DNA of 64,000 bases from Oceanispirochaeta sp. (GTDB lineage Bacteria; Spirochaetota; Spirochaetia; DSM-2461), in the NCBI GenBank assembly GCA_963666275.2, contig CAXXOA010000002.1, positions 448,001 through 512,000 on the forward strand, read 5' to 3'. The notes under the pieces were generated by a model, which saw nothing but the letters and a program-made list of their open reading frames with translations, searched no databases and was not told the origin of the DNA. The stretch's first letter is position 1; every line of letters begins with the position of its first letter. The translations under genes were made by a program, and so were the position numbers. Positions 39,842 through 50,170 of the stretch are shown one piece after another.

Positions 39842-41241
39842 CAAATTTCTCCTTCAATAAGAGACATGATTTTCTGAAGGGGTTTATCGTATTCCAGGTC
39901 AAAAACAGGGGGATCATCAAGACGTCTGTTGGCTTCATTTCTTATCATAATCCTCAGGAACTGCTCACTGATCTCAATACCCTCATCTCGAAGAGAAGCG
40001 ATAAAGGCAGTAATATCCTGTTGTGAGGGGTTATTTTTCTCGTTTATGAAACTTCCTATCCTGTTTGACTCTATGAGTGTTTTGTAATCTTCAATATCGC
40101 TGTCTGATAGTTCATCGTCTTTGACAAAAATATCAGGATCAATCCCTGTTTTGTCAATGTTCACACCGCTGGGGGTATAATATCTGGCCATAGTGAGTTT
40201 AATGGCACTGTTACCAAGCATGAGCATCTGCTGAACTGAACCCTTGCCGTAGGTTGTATCTCCCACAACAACAGCTCTTCCCCGGTCTTTCATCACTCCT
40301 GTAAGAATTTCAGAAGCCGAAGCAGATCCATTGTCTATAATCAGATAAATATCTGTTGTATCCGGTATTATTTTTCCGGATTCAGCCCTGTAAACTTCAT
40401 TTTCTCCGGGAATTCTTGAACGGGTACTGACAATGGTTCCATTATCAAAAAACTGATCGGCGATTTCCACGACAGAGTTGAGAAGGCCACCCGGATTGTT
40501 TCTGACATCGATAATCAGAGAACTTACATCATTCCTTTCAAAATCATTAAGAGCTTCCTCCACCCTTAAAGCGGTATAGGGAGTAAACTGAATTATTCTC
40601 AGATAACCGGTCTGATCATCGATGTAGTCCCATTTTACTGTGGGAATTTCAATATTGTCTCTTGTGAGATCAACATTGAAGGTGATATCGCTGCCCCTGA
40701 GAATTGTAACTTCCACATCTGTGCCGGCAGTTCCTCTCAGAAGATTTGAAACTTCATCAGTTGTAAAATCTTTTGCTGATTCTCCATTGATCTTATAGAT
40801 ATAATCTCCCGCATGAATTCCCGCTCTGTATGCGGGTGTGCCTTCGATGGGAGCTACCACTTTTACATAGGGACGTCTGCCATTCGGATTTTCTTCATCG
40901 AAAAAATCCTTGGAGATATAGAGTCCAACTCCTCCGAACTGTCCCGAAGTGGTATCGGTCAGAGACTGGAGCTCACTCTCTTCAAGATAGGTGGAGTAGG
41001 GATCATCGAGGCTGTCAAAAAGGCCACGCATCGCCCCTTCGAAAAGCGTCTGAGGCGGAATTTCATCCACATAATTTCTTAATATCAGATAATAGGCTGT
41101 TTCAAACATCCTGAGATAATTCTCTGTAGACGCTCCCGAGGACTGAGCCGAAACGGAAGGAGCAAGTAAAATTACACCCAGCGAAAGAAGAAGGGAGAAT
41201 GTTAAGGATATCCATAATACCCTTTCAGTTTTTCTTTTCAT
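39841..41241 (-). CDS. ctpA: Carboxyl-terminal processing protease (S41, PDZ)
   Basis: LDDPYS, FGGVG PDZ, DVRNNPGGLL, SASASEI and TYGKGSVQ. Confidence 0.95.
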   Translation of the reverse strand: MKRKTERVLWISLTFSLLLSLGVILLAPSVSAQSSGASTENYLRMFETAYYLILRNYVDEIPPQTLFEGAMRGLFDSLDDPYSTYLEESELQSLTDTTSGQFGGVGLYISKDFFDEENPNGRRPYVKVVAPIEGTPAYRAGIHAGDYIYKINGESAKDFTTDEVSNLLRGTAGTDVEVTILRGSDITFNVDLTRDNIEIPTVKWDYIDDQTGYLRIIQFTPYTALRVEEALNDFERNDVSSLIIDVRNNPGGLLNSVVEIADQFFDNGTIVSTRSRIPGENEVYRAESGKIIPDTTDIYLIIDNGSASASEILTGVMKDRGRAVVVGDTTYGKGSVQQMLMLGNSAIKLTMARYYTPSGVNIDKTGIDPDIFVKDDELSDSDIEDYKTLIESNRIGSFINEKNNPSQQDITAFIASLRDEGIEISEQFLRIMIRNEANRRLDDPPVFDLEYDKPLQKIMSLIEGEI

Positions 41242-41447
41242 ACGTTCAATATCCTTTGAAAGGTAATTGTATGGTCAGACTTTTCTTTGTCAACACCTTT
41301 ACTTGACCAGCAATTCAATCAGTTTTAAACTGAAGATCATATTTATATAGTAATAGAATGCCCTATAATTAACAAAAAAACAGGTCTTGAATAAAACTTT
41401 TTACAGACCTTCAGGTATTAGTATTATTGTTAGCAGGAGTGATGTTC

Positions 41448-42590
41448 ATGCAGGTTATTGCTGTGGCCAGTGGAAAAGGTGGAGTTGGTAAATCTCTTCT
41501 TGCTGCAAATATGGCTATCGGTCTCGCCAAAAATAACAAGAAAGTCATATTGGCTGATCTTGATCTCGGAGGATCCAATCTGCACCTGATTATAGGTCAG
41601 AAGCCCACTGTTAACGGTCTGGGATCCTTTATTAATAATCCAAAGCAGAAAATTGAAAATATTATTCAGCCGACGGAATTTGAAAATCTGATGTTTATTT
41701 CCGGAGAGGGTGAAATCCCCGGTGCCGCCAATATTCCGGCAGGGCAGAAGAAAAAACTGATAAATAATCTTCTAAAACAGGATGCGGATTATCTCATTCT
41801 GGATCTGGGAGCCGGTACTTCCAATATTACACTGGATTTTTTCCTGGTTGCCGGATGCGGAACGATTGTGACCACTCCGACTCTTACAGCCACTCTGAAT
41901 GCCTATCTTTTCGTTAAAAGTGTTCTTTTTCGGCTGATCTATACCTCCTTTGACCGAAAATCTCCCGCTATTGCCTATCTGGAACAGCTGAGAAAAGATG
42001 GAATCTCACTTCAGAAGGTATACCTTTCAAGTCTGGAGGATAAACTGAGGGAGCTGGATCCGGAAGGAGCGGATGTTTTTCTGGAAAGGAAAAAACACTT
42101 TCAGCCCAAGCTGGTCATGAATATGCTGGAAAATCCTGAGGATATGCAGAAATCTGACAGGTTGATCCAGTCTGTCAGAGATTATCTGGAAATTAATATG
42201 GAATTCCTGGGAGTCATGTACAGAGATGAACTTCAGAAGACAGCCTTGAACTCAAGACTCCCTCTGATCGTCTACAAACCCAGATCTGTTCTTTCCCAGG
42301 GGATTTACCGCATTTGTGATAAAATTCTCGAAATGCATCTGGAAGAGTCTGTTGATATCTCCCGGCTGGAGGCGGAATACTCCTATCAGGCAGCTGAGAT
42401 GGAGGCAGAAACAGATTTCAATGATAGGATACAGTCAATGGAAGAGTTACTGCACAGCGGGGTATTAACCCAGGGAGATCTGATTGAAACGATCAGGATG
42501 CAGCAGTATGAAATACAGAAATTAAAAAAAGAAAACCGGTTTATTAAATCAAAACTGGTAAAAGCAGCGGAAGCAGGTTTTCAAGTTTAA
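41448..42590 (+). CDS. MinD/FlhG-like P-loop ATPase with C-terminal coiled-coil extension
   Basis: VASGKGGVGKS, ADLDLGGSNLH and LDLGAG. AGGAG SD favours ATG 41448. Confidence 0.85.
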   Translation: MQVIAVASGKGGVGKSLLAANMAIGLAKNNKKVILADLDLGGSNLHLIIGQKPTVNGLGSFINNPKQKIENIIQPTEFENLMFISGEGEIPGAANIPAGQKKKLINNLLKQDADYLILDLGAGTSNITLDFFLVAGCGTIVTTPTLTATLNAYLFVKSVLFRLIYTSFDRKSPAIAYLEQLRKDGISLQKVYLSSLEDKLRELDPEGADVFLERKKHFQPKLVMNMLENPEDMQKSDRLIQSVRDYLEINMEFLGVMYRDELQKTALNSRLPLIVYKPRSVLSQGIYRICDKILEMHLEESVDISRLEAEYSYQAAEMEAETDFNDRIQSMEELLHSGVLTQGDLIETIRMQQYEIQKLKKENRFIKSKLVKAAEAGFQV

Positions 42591-42599
42591 AAAACAGTT

Positions 42600-45464
42600 A
42601 TGAGTCAGGATTTCAAAGGGAATATAAGCATAGAAATTGATGAGAGAGCTCTCTCTGTCAGATTACGTTTCAAACCGGATGATAAAGGGGAGAAGCATAA
42701 TCTTGATTCCGTCCGGAAACTCCTTCAGGAGAATAAAATCCATTATGGAATTTCTGACATAGCTCTGAAGGATGCGGTGGAAAGCTTTTCCGACGCCATG
42801 GAGGAGGAAGTTTCCGATCCTGTCGCCGAGGGGGATGAGCCCAATTCCGGCGAGGGTGAGGTCTATGATTTTTCACCTCTGTCCTATCCTCCCCGGCTTA
42901 AACCGGTGGCAGATAAAATTCTCTCACTGAATAAATCTCCCCAGGTCTTTGATATTATCAAAACTACAGTCAAAAAGGACAGAAGAGTCAAAGACAGGGG
43001 ACTTTTCAAGGGTGGAAAAGAGAAGATCATCACAGTTGAAGAGACTGTGGAAAAAAAAGTTCCTATACAGGTTTCCTCAGAAGTAAAGAATATCGGCTAT
43101 TTCAGAAAAGATGATCTGATCTGTACTCTCCGTTCCTCCAGCGGAGATTATACAAAGGGGAAGGATGTTTACGGCAATGTGATTGAGCCGCTTCCGTTGG
43201 CCACAGGAAAATTTCATCCCGGAAGTTTTGTACGAAAAGTTAAAAGTGAATATTTTGCGGATGCAGACGGTTTTGTCAGAGTAGGTGAAAACTGGCTCGA
43301 TCTTTTTCCCTTCGCTGTACACATGTGGGATGTCCGCATCAGCGATGATAAAGCGGACTGTCTCCTGACGATTGATCCGGGACACAAAGTCTCGCCCCAG
43401 CCTAAACTGAATGAAATTAAATCAAAAATACAGACCCTGGGATTTTCTCTGGATCAGTTGATCCATGACAGCCAGATTCTCAGATATATTAAAGAAGGAT
43501 GTACAGGGGACTCTCCCAGGACTTTCAGCCTGACAAACGATGAAGACGGGGAATTCAATATTGAAATAAATTCTCTGGCCACGGAAGCCTATCTGGAATT
43601 GAGAAAAGGGACCGGAAAGGGCAGCAAACTTGATCTTAAAAAGATATGGAGTAAAATCCTTTCACTGAATATTAAAAAATTTGAAGAGGATAGAGTTAAA
43701 CTGGCAATCCTTAGTTTTAACAGTTCCAACGAAATAGAAACATCCATTCTCCTGGCCAAAGGAGAGATTCCCGAAAGAGGGAATGACAGGGAAGTGATCG
43801 TTGATACAGAATATCTGCCTGAAAATGAAAAAAATGCCATTCTGGAAAGAATGGAGCATATGAAGAAAGTACCGGAATCCTTTCAGGAATTTCCGGTTGA
43901 TAAGATAGAAAAGATGGCTCTTGTGAAAAAAGGAGCTCAGATTTTTCACCTGGGAAAGATAAATGAAGGAAAAAAAGGCATGGATGTATTCGGGAATTCA
44001 ATTCCCGGTATAGACGGCAATGATCCGGTTATCCGTCATTTTGAAAATATAATAATCCAGGAAGGAAAAGCCCTCGCCGGAATTGACGGAATTCTTGATT
44101 ATTCCAGCAAAGACTCGGTGCATTCTATCAGAATCCGAAAGCATAAGGATGCCCAGGTTCTCGTAACAGTTTCAGAAAACTATATGAAAGCTTCAATATC
44201 TGTTATTCCCCCGGAAGGAAGCGGCGGGCTTCCCTCAAAAGAAACTCTGGTACGGGCTCTGGAGGAGAAAGGCGTTGTAAAAGGAATTTCCGACGACACT
44301 CTCAATTCGATTCTGGAGATGACGGGAAGGGAGGAACTGGTTACGGATGTTACTGTGGCTCAGAGTCTTATTCCCTATAAAGGTTCCAAAGCCATAAAAT
44401 TTATCATTGATGTAGATCCTGATAAAAAGAATACCCTCCCCGTTGAAGTCGGGGATACTATTGCTGAGGTGTATTCTTCTGCCGATGATGATTCTGTTGG
44501 TGTTAATATCCTGGGAGACAGAATATTTGAAGAAAAAGAGGAATTGCACTGCGATGCCAATATCAAGGAAGAAAACCGGGAAAATGGAGTTTTTCTTGTC
44601 GCCATTGAGAAGGGACTGCTGGCAATCGAAGACAATACGCTTCAGATAAGGAATAAACAGGTCATAAAAGGGGATCTGACACGAAATATCGGTAATATCC
44701 AGTTTCCGGGAACAGTGGAGATCATTGGCTCCGTTCTTTCTGGCGTCTACGTCAATGCGGGGAATGATTTAAAAGTCCGTGATGTCGTGGAAGCCTCTCT
44801 TTTAAGTTCCAACGGATCAATCCTCATCGGCAAGGGGATCAAAGGAGACAGAAAAGCGGTTGTCCGTTCAAACAAGAATATCAATCTCGGTTTTGCTGAA
44901 AATGCCAATCTAATGTCTGTCGGGAATATCTCCTATAAAAAAGCTTTCATGAACTGTCAGATAAAATGCAATGGGAAAATTCTATCCCAGGGAAAAGAGA
45001 CTAGAATCATAGGGGGAGCCATAAAAGTTAAAAACGGGCTTTCTGCCGGATCGATCGGGTCAGAACGGGGCGTTCCCACTATGATTTCCTTCGGGCAGGA
45101 CTATCTTGTGGAAGATCAGATTAATGTAATGACCAAGGAAATTGAACAGATAAACAGTCAGCTGAAATCTCTGGAAGAAATGATGAGTCTTGCAGAGGAG
45201 AAAAAGCAGAAAAATAAGCTGCTTGCCATGAGAAAAAAGAAAATTCAGCTTCTGAAGGTTCAGGAAAAAATCGTAGTTAAGAATTTTCTTATGAAAGATA
45301 AATTTGAAGTGCATTTTAATTCGGAAATCCGTGTAACCGGAACTATATTTGCCGGAACAGTATTTGAAAGTCATAATAGAAAGATGGAGGTTAAAGAGAA
45401 TTTAACTTCTGCAGTGATTTCCTTTGATAGTGAAACCGGAAAAATCATCACGAAAAAAATATAA
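42600..45464 (+). CDS. FapA/DUF342 family protein with repeated N-terminal modules
   Basis: Repeated DUF342-like motifs (IHYGI / VVKGI, GKDVYGNVI, GMDVFGNSI, GVNILG), then GNIQFPGTVEIIGSV and a beta-helix-like C-terminus with a coiled coil. Confidence 0.75.
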   Translation: MSQDFKGNISIEIDERALSVRLRFKPDDKGEKHNLDSVRKLLQENKIHYGISDIALKDAVESFSDAMEEEVSDPVAEGDEPNSGEGEVYDFSPLSYPPRLKPVADKILSLNKSPQVFDIIKTTVKKDRRVKDRGLFKGGKEKIITVEETVEKKVPIQVSSEVKNIGYFRKDDLICTLRSSSGDYTKGKDVYGNVIEPLPLATGKFHPGSFVRKVKSEYFADADGFVRVGENWLDLFPFAVHMWDVRISDDKADCLLTIDPGHKVSPQPKLNEIKSKIQTLGFSLDQLIHDSQILRYIKEGCTGDSPRTFSLTNDEDGEFNIEINSLATEAYLELRKGTGKGSKLDLKKIWSKILSLNIKKFEEDRVKLAILSFNSSNEIETSILLAKGEIPERGNDREVIVDTEYLPENEKNAILERMEHMKKVPESFQEFPVDKIEKMALVKKGAQIFHLGKINEGKKGMDVFGNSIPGIDGNDPVIRHFENIIIQEGKALAGIDGILDYSSKDSVHSIRIRKHKDAQVLVTVSENYMKASISVIPPEGSGGLPSKETLVRALEEKGVVKGISDDTLNSILEMTGREELVTDVTVAQSLIPYKGSKAIKFIIDVDPDKKNTLPVEVGDTIAEVYSSADDDSVGVNILGDRIFEEKEELHCDANIKEENRENGVFLVAIEKGLLAIEDNTLQIRNKQVIKGDLTRNIGNIQFPGTVEIIGSVLSGVYVNAGNDLKVRDVVEASLLSSNGSILIGKGIKGDRKAVVRSNKNINLGFAENANLMSVGNISYKKAFMNCQIKCNGKILSQGKETRIIGGAIKVKNGLSAGSIGSERGVPTMISFGQDYLVEDQINVMTKEIEQINSQLKSLEEMMSLAEEKKQKNKLLAMRKKKIQLLKVQEKIVVKNFLMKDKFEVHFNSEIRVTGTIFAGTVFESHNRKMEVKENLTSAVISFDSETGKIITKKI

Positions 45465-45476
45465 AGAGAGGCTTTA

Positions 45477-46421
45477 ATGCTTTATTTTCAATTTCCCGCC
45501 TGGCTCACACCTGAAATTATTCCGGGGCTGCCGGTCCGGTGGTACGGCCTTATGTACCTTTTTGCGTTTGCAACAGCCTATCTCCTCTTTCGCTGGCAGG
45601 TAAAAAAAGAGGAACTGGACTATTCTGATGATGATATTTCCAATCTTTTTTTCTGGCTGATCCTGGGGCTGATCCTGGGAGCCCGTATCCTTTCGACACT
45701 GGTCTATGATACAAGCGGAATCTACTGGAGAAAACCCTGGCTTATATTCTGGCCCTTTTCCAATGGCCGTTTTGTGGGTCTTCAGGGTATGTCCTATCAC
45801 GGAGGGCTGTTAGGAGCCATTATCGCGGGGATTCTGGTCTGCCGGAAATACGGTTGGAATATCTTCCGTATTGCCGATAGACTGACCGCAGGAATTCCCC
45901 TGGGCTATACCTTCGGAAGGCTGGGGAATTTTATAAACGGAGAACTTTACGGCAGGGTGACAAGCTCTCCTCTGGGTATTGTGTTTCCCTATGCGGAACG
46001 ATTTCCCTCCAGGCTGGAATGGGTGCAGAAGATGGCGGGAGAAATCGGAATGGATATTTCCGGACTGGCCGCTGTTAATCTTCCGCGCCATCCCTCACAG
46101 CTCTATGAGGCTTTTTCGGAAGGAATTCTTCTCTGGTTAATCCTGTGGTTTATCGTAAGAAGGGTGAAGCGTTTTGAAGGAGCGGTTTCCGGTATGTATC
46201 TCATAGGATACGGAATTTTCCGTTTTATTGTGGAGTATTTCAGGGAACCTGATGAAGGACTGGATTTTCCCCTTCAGTGGGGGGGCGATTCTCCCAATTA
46301 TCTGATGTCTTCTCTTTTTAATTTTACCACAGGACAGATATTCTGTTTTATTATGATCCTGACGGGTCTTCTGATTCTACTTGTCGCCAGGCAGTACAGC
46401 CGGAAAGGAAAAAATGTCTGA
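45477..46421 (+). CDS. lgt: Prolipoprotein diacylglyceryl transferase
   Basis: VRWYGLMY, GMSYHGGL, GRLGNFINGELYGR, RHPSQLYE and RFIVEYFREPD. Confidence 0.97.
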   Translation: MLYFQFPAWLTPEIIPGLPVRWYGLMYLFAFATAYLLFRWQVKKEELDYSDDDISNLFFWLILGLILGARILSTLVYDTSGIYWRKPWLIFWPFSNGRFVGLQGMSYHGGLLGAIIAGILVCRKYGWNIFRIADRLTAGIPLGYTFGRLGNFINGELYGRVTSSPLGIVFPYAERFPSRLEWVQKMAGEIGMDISGLAAVNLPRHPSQLYEAFSEGILLWLILWFIVRRVKRFEGAVSGMYLIGYGIFRFIVEYFREPDEGLDFPLQWGGDSPNYLMSSLFNFTTGQIFCFIMILTGLLILLVARQYSRKGKNV

Positions 46422-47580
46422 TTTCATAAAGGCTCTCTTTATTCTGATCTTTCTTTCTGTCTCGACACTTGTTTCTGCCTATCAGGTAAGATTCACACCC
46501 ACAGCGGGTTCGGTTGATATTCCTGTGGGCTGGAGTCTTCTTGACAGTTCCGATCCGGGGAGGATCTCTTTTTCCAATCCCGATTCATCGATCATATTCC
46601 AGGTTAGCGCCTATCCGGGGGATCTTTACCGGAATGACAGGGAAATGATGGAAAGCCATCTGCAGGAACTGGATATTTTGGAGTCGGATTTTTCCCGTTT
46701 TCTCTATCAGGACCGTTCTGTCAGTCTGGCTGAGTGTGCTTTCAACTCTTCCGGTTCTGTCATTCACGGGTGGTTCCTTTTTATTGACCGGGACGATTTT
46801 GACTACTACCTGACAGTGATTACTCCCGACAGTTTCTATCAGGAGTCTTTCCCCTGGATGATCTCCTGTCTTGACAGTTTTTCTCCCGATCAGGACGGGC
46901 GGGAGAATCCGGGCCCTGTGAGTACCATGTTTTCCGCCGGCGAGGATTCAGTGGAAACATTATCTGTGGATATCTCCGGAAAGAGGATCCCCTTCTCTTT
47001 CCACACTCTGAATAATCAGGCCGTGCAGCTGCTGATTGAGCGGGAGGCTGCCATTCTGAGTACCTATACGGATCCGGGGGAGTTCGCTGAAGCATGGAAA
47101 AGACACTATCAGCTCATATACAGAGCCTCTCAGTCGGATCTGGAACCTCTCTCCCTGAGTCTTCAGAATCTTCTGAAAGCGCAGAATCCGGTAGAGAAAT
47201 CTGAAACCCTTCTCTCCTGGCTGCAGGATTTCACTTATGGGAGCAGTGACAGCTTTTCAGATCTTCTCTCTCCCCTGAGTGTTCTCCAGTCCCGTACGGG
47301 AGACTGTGATGCCCTGGCTCTCCTTTATAATATTCTGCTTCAGGACATGGACATCCCCGCACTCCTTATGGTTTCCTATGTTTACAGCCACTCCATGGGA
47401 GCTGTGGCAGTGGAAAAGGACGGCGCCGGTTTTGAATATGACGGATCAAAATACATAGTGGCGGAGATGACAAAAAAAGTTGACCTGGGTCTGATAAGCC
47501 AGGATATGGCTGCCATTGAAAACTGGGTGATAATTTCTCCCTCGGAGCCTGAATACCATAGTATTTCGATCATACAATAG
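46414..47580 (+). CDS. Exported protein with transglutaminase-like (Cys-His-acid) C-terminal domain
   Basis: Signal peptide from ATG 46414 (MSDFIK); motifs TGDCDALALL, HSMGAV and YIVAEMT. Confidence 0.65.
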   Translation: MSDFIKALFILIFLSVSTLVSAYQVRFTPTAGSVDIPVGWSLLDSSDPGRISFSNPDSSIIFQVSAYPGDLYRNDREMMESHLQELDILESDFSRFLYQDRSVSLAECAFNSSGSVIHGWFLFIDRDDFDYYLTVITPDSFYQESFPWMISCLDSFSPDQDGRENPGPVSTMFSAGEDSVETLSVDISGKRIPFSFHTLNNQAVQLLIEREAAILSTYTDPGEFAEAWKRHYQLIYRASQSDLEPLSLSLQNLLKAQNPVEKSETLLSWLQDFTYGSSDSFSDLLSPLSVLQSRTGDCDALALLYNILLQDMDIPALLMVSYVYSHSMGAVAVEKDGAGFEYDGSKYIVAEMTKKVDLGLISQDMAAIENWVIISPSEPEYHSISIIQ

Positions 47581-47708
47581 TTATTTATGAATACATTGTG
47601 TCTAAAAAATCATACACACGGGAAAATTCGGCAAATGGAGAATTTTCCGGAGTTGATTAAATAGCTGTATGAAAAGGGATTAGTTAAATATTCTTTAAAA
47701 TTTTAAAC

Positions 47709-47725
47709 CTGGTATGGTAATTGCA
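47709..47725 (+). promoter_or_regulatory. Sigma-54 (-24/-12) promoter
   Basis: CTGGTATGGTAATTGCA has GG-N10-GC spacing and matches YTGGCACG-N4-TTGCW closely. It lies 46 nt before ATG 47772. Confidence 0.65.
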
Positions 47726-47771
47726 TTAATTGTTAGCAGTATATTAAAATTCTGTATTCAGGTGTTTAATT

Positions 47772-48380
47772 ATGGTTATTACCAGTGTCAATTCAAAGAG
47801 TTACCTTTTTCATAGTATTCAGAAAGAACTTGTAAGAAAGGCTATTCATCTCATGATTGCCTTTGTTCCGACTCTGGCGTCATGGAATCACATGCTGACT
47901 GTTTCACTTCTGATCTGCGGTATCCTGAGTTACACCTATTCCGAATACCTCCGCAGCAGGGGAAAATATGTATTCCTGATATCTGATCTGACATCCTTTG
48001 CCTCAAGGGACAGAGATAAGGGACATTTTGTCCTTGGTCCGATTACACTGGGAATGGGAGCCCTTCTGGCTCTACTCCTCTATCCCCATCCTTCTGCTTC
48101 TATTGCTATATACGCTCTGGCTTTCGGAGACGGCCTTTCCAGTCTGGCTGGAAAGATTTTCGGTGACAGGAAAATTCCTTTTACAGGTGGAAAAACTTTT
48201 GCCGGTTCCTTTACCTGTTTTGCCGCAGTATTCCTTATGACTCTTCATCTTACCGGGGATTTTACAAAAGCTTTTTTCATTGCCCTTGTAGCGACTTTGC
48301 TGGAAGCCATTCCTTCAAGAGATCTCGATAATATTATTATTCCTGTAGGAACCGGTTATTTCGCTACTCTTTTAGGCTGA
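47772..48380 (+). CDS. CTP-dependent polyprenol/phytol/diacylglycerol kinase family membrane protein
   Basis: ELVRKAIH, LAFGDGLSSLAGKIFG, GKTFAGS and DLDNIIIP. Confidence 0.85.
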   Translation: MVITSVNSKSYLFHSIQKELVRKAIHLMIAFVPTLASWNHMLTVSLLICGILSYTYSEYLRSRGKYVFLISDLTSFASRDRDKGHFVLGPITLGMGALLALLLYPHPSASIAIYALAFGDGLSSLAGKIFGDRKIPFTGGKTFAGSFTCFAAVFLMTLHLTGDFTKAFFIALVATLLEAIPSRDLDNIIIPVGTGYFATLLG

Positions 48381-48381
48381 T

Positions 48382-49206
48382 TTAAGACCAGAGGAAGAGT
48401 TTCTGACTTGTCCTCAGATAAAAAAATGTTCCAAGAACGAGAAGTATCATCCCCGGTACATAGAGGGGAAAGTAGATAAAAAATACCATTTCAAAACCTG
48501 TCAGCATAAGAACAGCAAAAAACATGATCCTGTAGAGTTCGTTTCGGGAATGTTTTACAGCTGTGGAAAAGTAGTTCAGTACAGTTAGTATTTCCAGTGT
48601 CAGACAGAAAAAAGCCAGGCTTTTCTCCTCCCCGACCCTGTAGATCAGGGCAGATGTGAGTATGGTTGTGTTAAAAGGGAGAATGATGGAAATGGTAAAG
48701 GATACCAGAGTATTTATCAGGAGTATCATCCCGAATTTCTGAATCTGAATTCCTGTCACGAAAAGAGATGCCGCAAAGAAGGAAGACAGTCCGAAAAGCC
48801 TGCCGAAATAGGTAATTCTTGTAATTATTTCCTTATCCAGCTGATGAAAGGGGAGTGACCCCTCCGGAATAAGAGGAAAAATCCTCATGAGTGAGAGAGA
48901 GAAGGAAAAGATAAACAGGTACAGGAATGCCAGCTGGGCAGAGGGATTTTTCCGGATCTGTCGATAAACAAAAATTCCGAATACAAGAGAGTAGGTTCCC
49001 AAACCCATCAGGGATACCCAGGCCTTCAGTGTCTCTCCTGAGCGCTGAATTCTATAGAGCATCCACCAGAGCTGATGATTGGATATGGTAAAGCTTTTAG
49101 CTGAGGTCGGCTGGTATCTGAAATAGTAGAAAACGCCCAATAACACAAAGGCGATGGAGATGGATAAAAAAAGGCGAACCAGGTATTTTCTAAAAAGGAG
49201 TATCAT
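48382..49206 (-). CDS. Multi-pass membrane hypothetical protein
   Basis: About 7-8 hydrophobic helices. Start reassigned to ATG 49206, which follows TTGACG-N17-TTTAAT. Confidence 0.7.
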   Translation of the reverse strand: MILLFRKYLVRLFLSISIAFVLLGVFYYFRYQPTSAKSFTISNHQLWWMLYRIQRSGETLKAWVSLMGLGTYSLVFGIFVYRQIRKNPSAQLAFLYLFIFSFSLSLMRIFPLIPEGSLPFHQLDKEIITRITYFGRLFGLSSFFAASLFVTGIQIQKFGMILLINTLVSFTISIILPFNTTILTSALIYRVGEEKSLAFFCLTLEILTVLNYFSTAVKHSRNELYRIMFFAVLMLTGFEMVFFIYFPLYVPGMILLVLGTFFYLRTSQKLFLWS

Positions 49207-49302
49207 AGCTCTATTAAAAACCAAATCGGGCAAAACGTCAAAATATCAAAAAATAATTACAGTATATTTCCAGTTGTTCGATAATGTAATAGAGGTAAAA
49301 CG

Positions 49303-49995
49303 ATGAAAAAAAGACTCACAATTATGATATTCCTCTCTTTTTTAGTGACAGCTGCTCTTTGTGCTGGAGATAAAGCGGAGTTCGTAAATTTAGGTTTTTC
49401 ACCGGACGGTCGATATTTCCTTTTCGGACAGTATGGGTATATGAGCGAACAGTCCCTCAGCTATGCAGACCTTTTTCTGGTGGATGTTCAGAAAAATATT
49501 TTTGTATCCGGCGGCGTTCTGAAAGGGGAATACACAAACTCCCTGGAACCGGGGCAGTCCGCAGACGGGGCTCTCTATAAACTGCTTGAATCTGCTCTGA
49601 CGCTGAAAAACAGATACGGAATTGATTTTCTAGAAAAAGGACGGCCCCTCTATATCCGTATAGATGAATCGGAAGAATCGCTGGATACACTGGATTTCAG
49701 GGATTTTGAAACTTCCAGCCATTACGGTATGACTCTGAATAAAAATATAGTCACCGACGGAGAAGGAATCCCGGAAAAATCCTCTTTCTATATAGATCTG
49801 GATTACACGGGGAATTCCGGAAATACCGTATCCTTTAAAATAGGTCATCCCGATTATATGAGGAAAGGTATTGGGGATTACAGAATCGAAAGAGTTCTGA
49901 CAGATCCTCTGGGAGACTCCATTGTGATTATCCTGGCCAAAACCGACAGGGATCTTAATGTCCGCTATATGGTGGAGACCCTTAAAATCCGCTGA
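49303..49995 (+). CDS. DUF2259 family exported protein
   Basis: Signal peptide, then AGDKAEFVNLGFSPDGRYFLFGQYG..YADLFLVDV. Confidence 0.75.
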   Translation: MKKRLTIMIFLSFLVTAALCAGDKAEFVNLGFSPDGRYFLFGQYGYMSEQSLSYADLFLVDVQKNIFVSGGVLKGEYTNSLEPGQSADGALYKLLESALTLKNRYGIDFLEKGRPLYIRIDESEESLDTLDFRDFETSSHYGMTLNKNIVTDGEGIPEKSSFYIDLDYTGNSGNTVSFKIGHPDYMRKGIGDYRIERVLTDPLGDSIVIILAKTDRDLNVRYMVETLKIR

Positions 49996-50020
49996 CCGAT
50001 CCGTAAAAAACAATCGATGA

Positions 50021-50049
50021 CCATCCTCACACTGGAGGATGGTTTTTTT
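50021..50049 (+). terminator. Intrinsic terminator after the DUF2259 gene
   Basis: CCATCCTC-acactg-GAGGATGG-T7. Confidence 0.8.
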
Positions 50050-50170
50050 CTGTCCGAATTCAACGTGTTTTTAGCCTTCATATCTTGAGTTAATACCTAT
50101 ATTGGATATAATTATCCTTCCGAGACAGAAAATTGCCTCAAATTCCAAGAACAATTAATCAGGAGAGCTT

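Noticed and set aside
50050..50170. Possible T-box leader before proS
   Set aside because: The promoter-like TTGAGT-N16-TATAAT leaves only about 50 nt of leader, and there is no T-box consensus.
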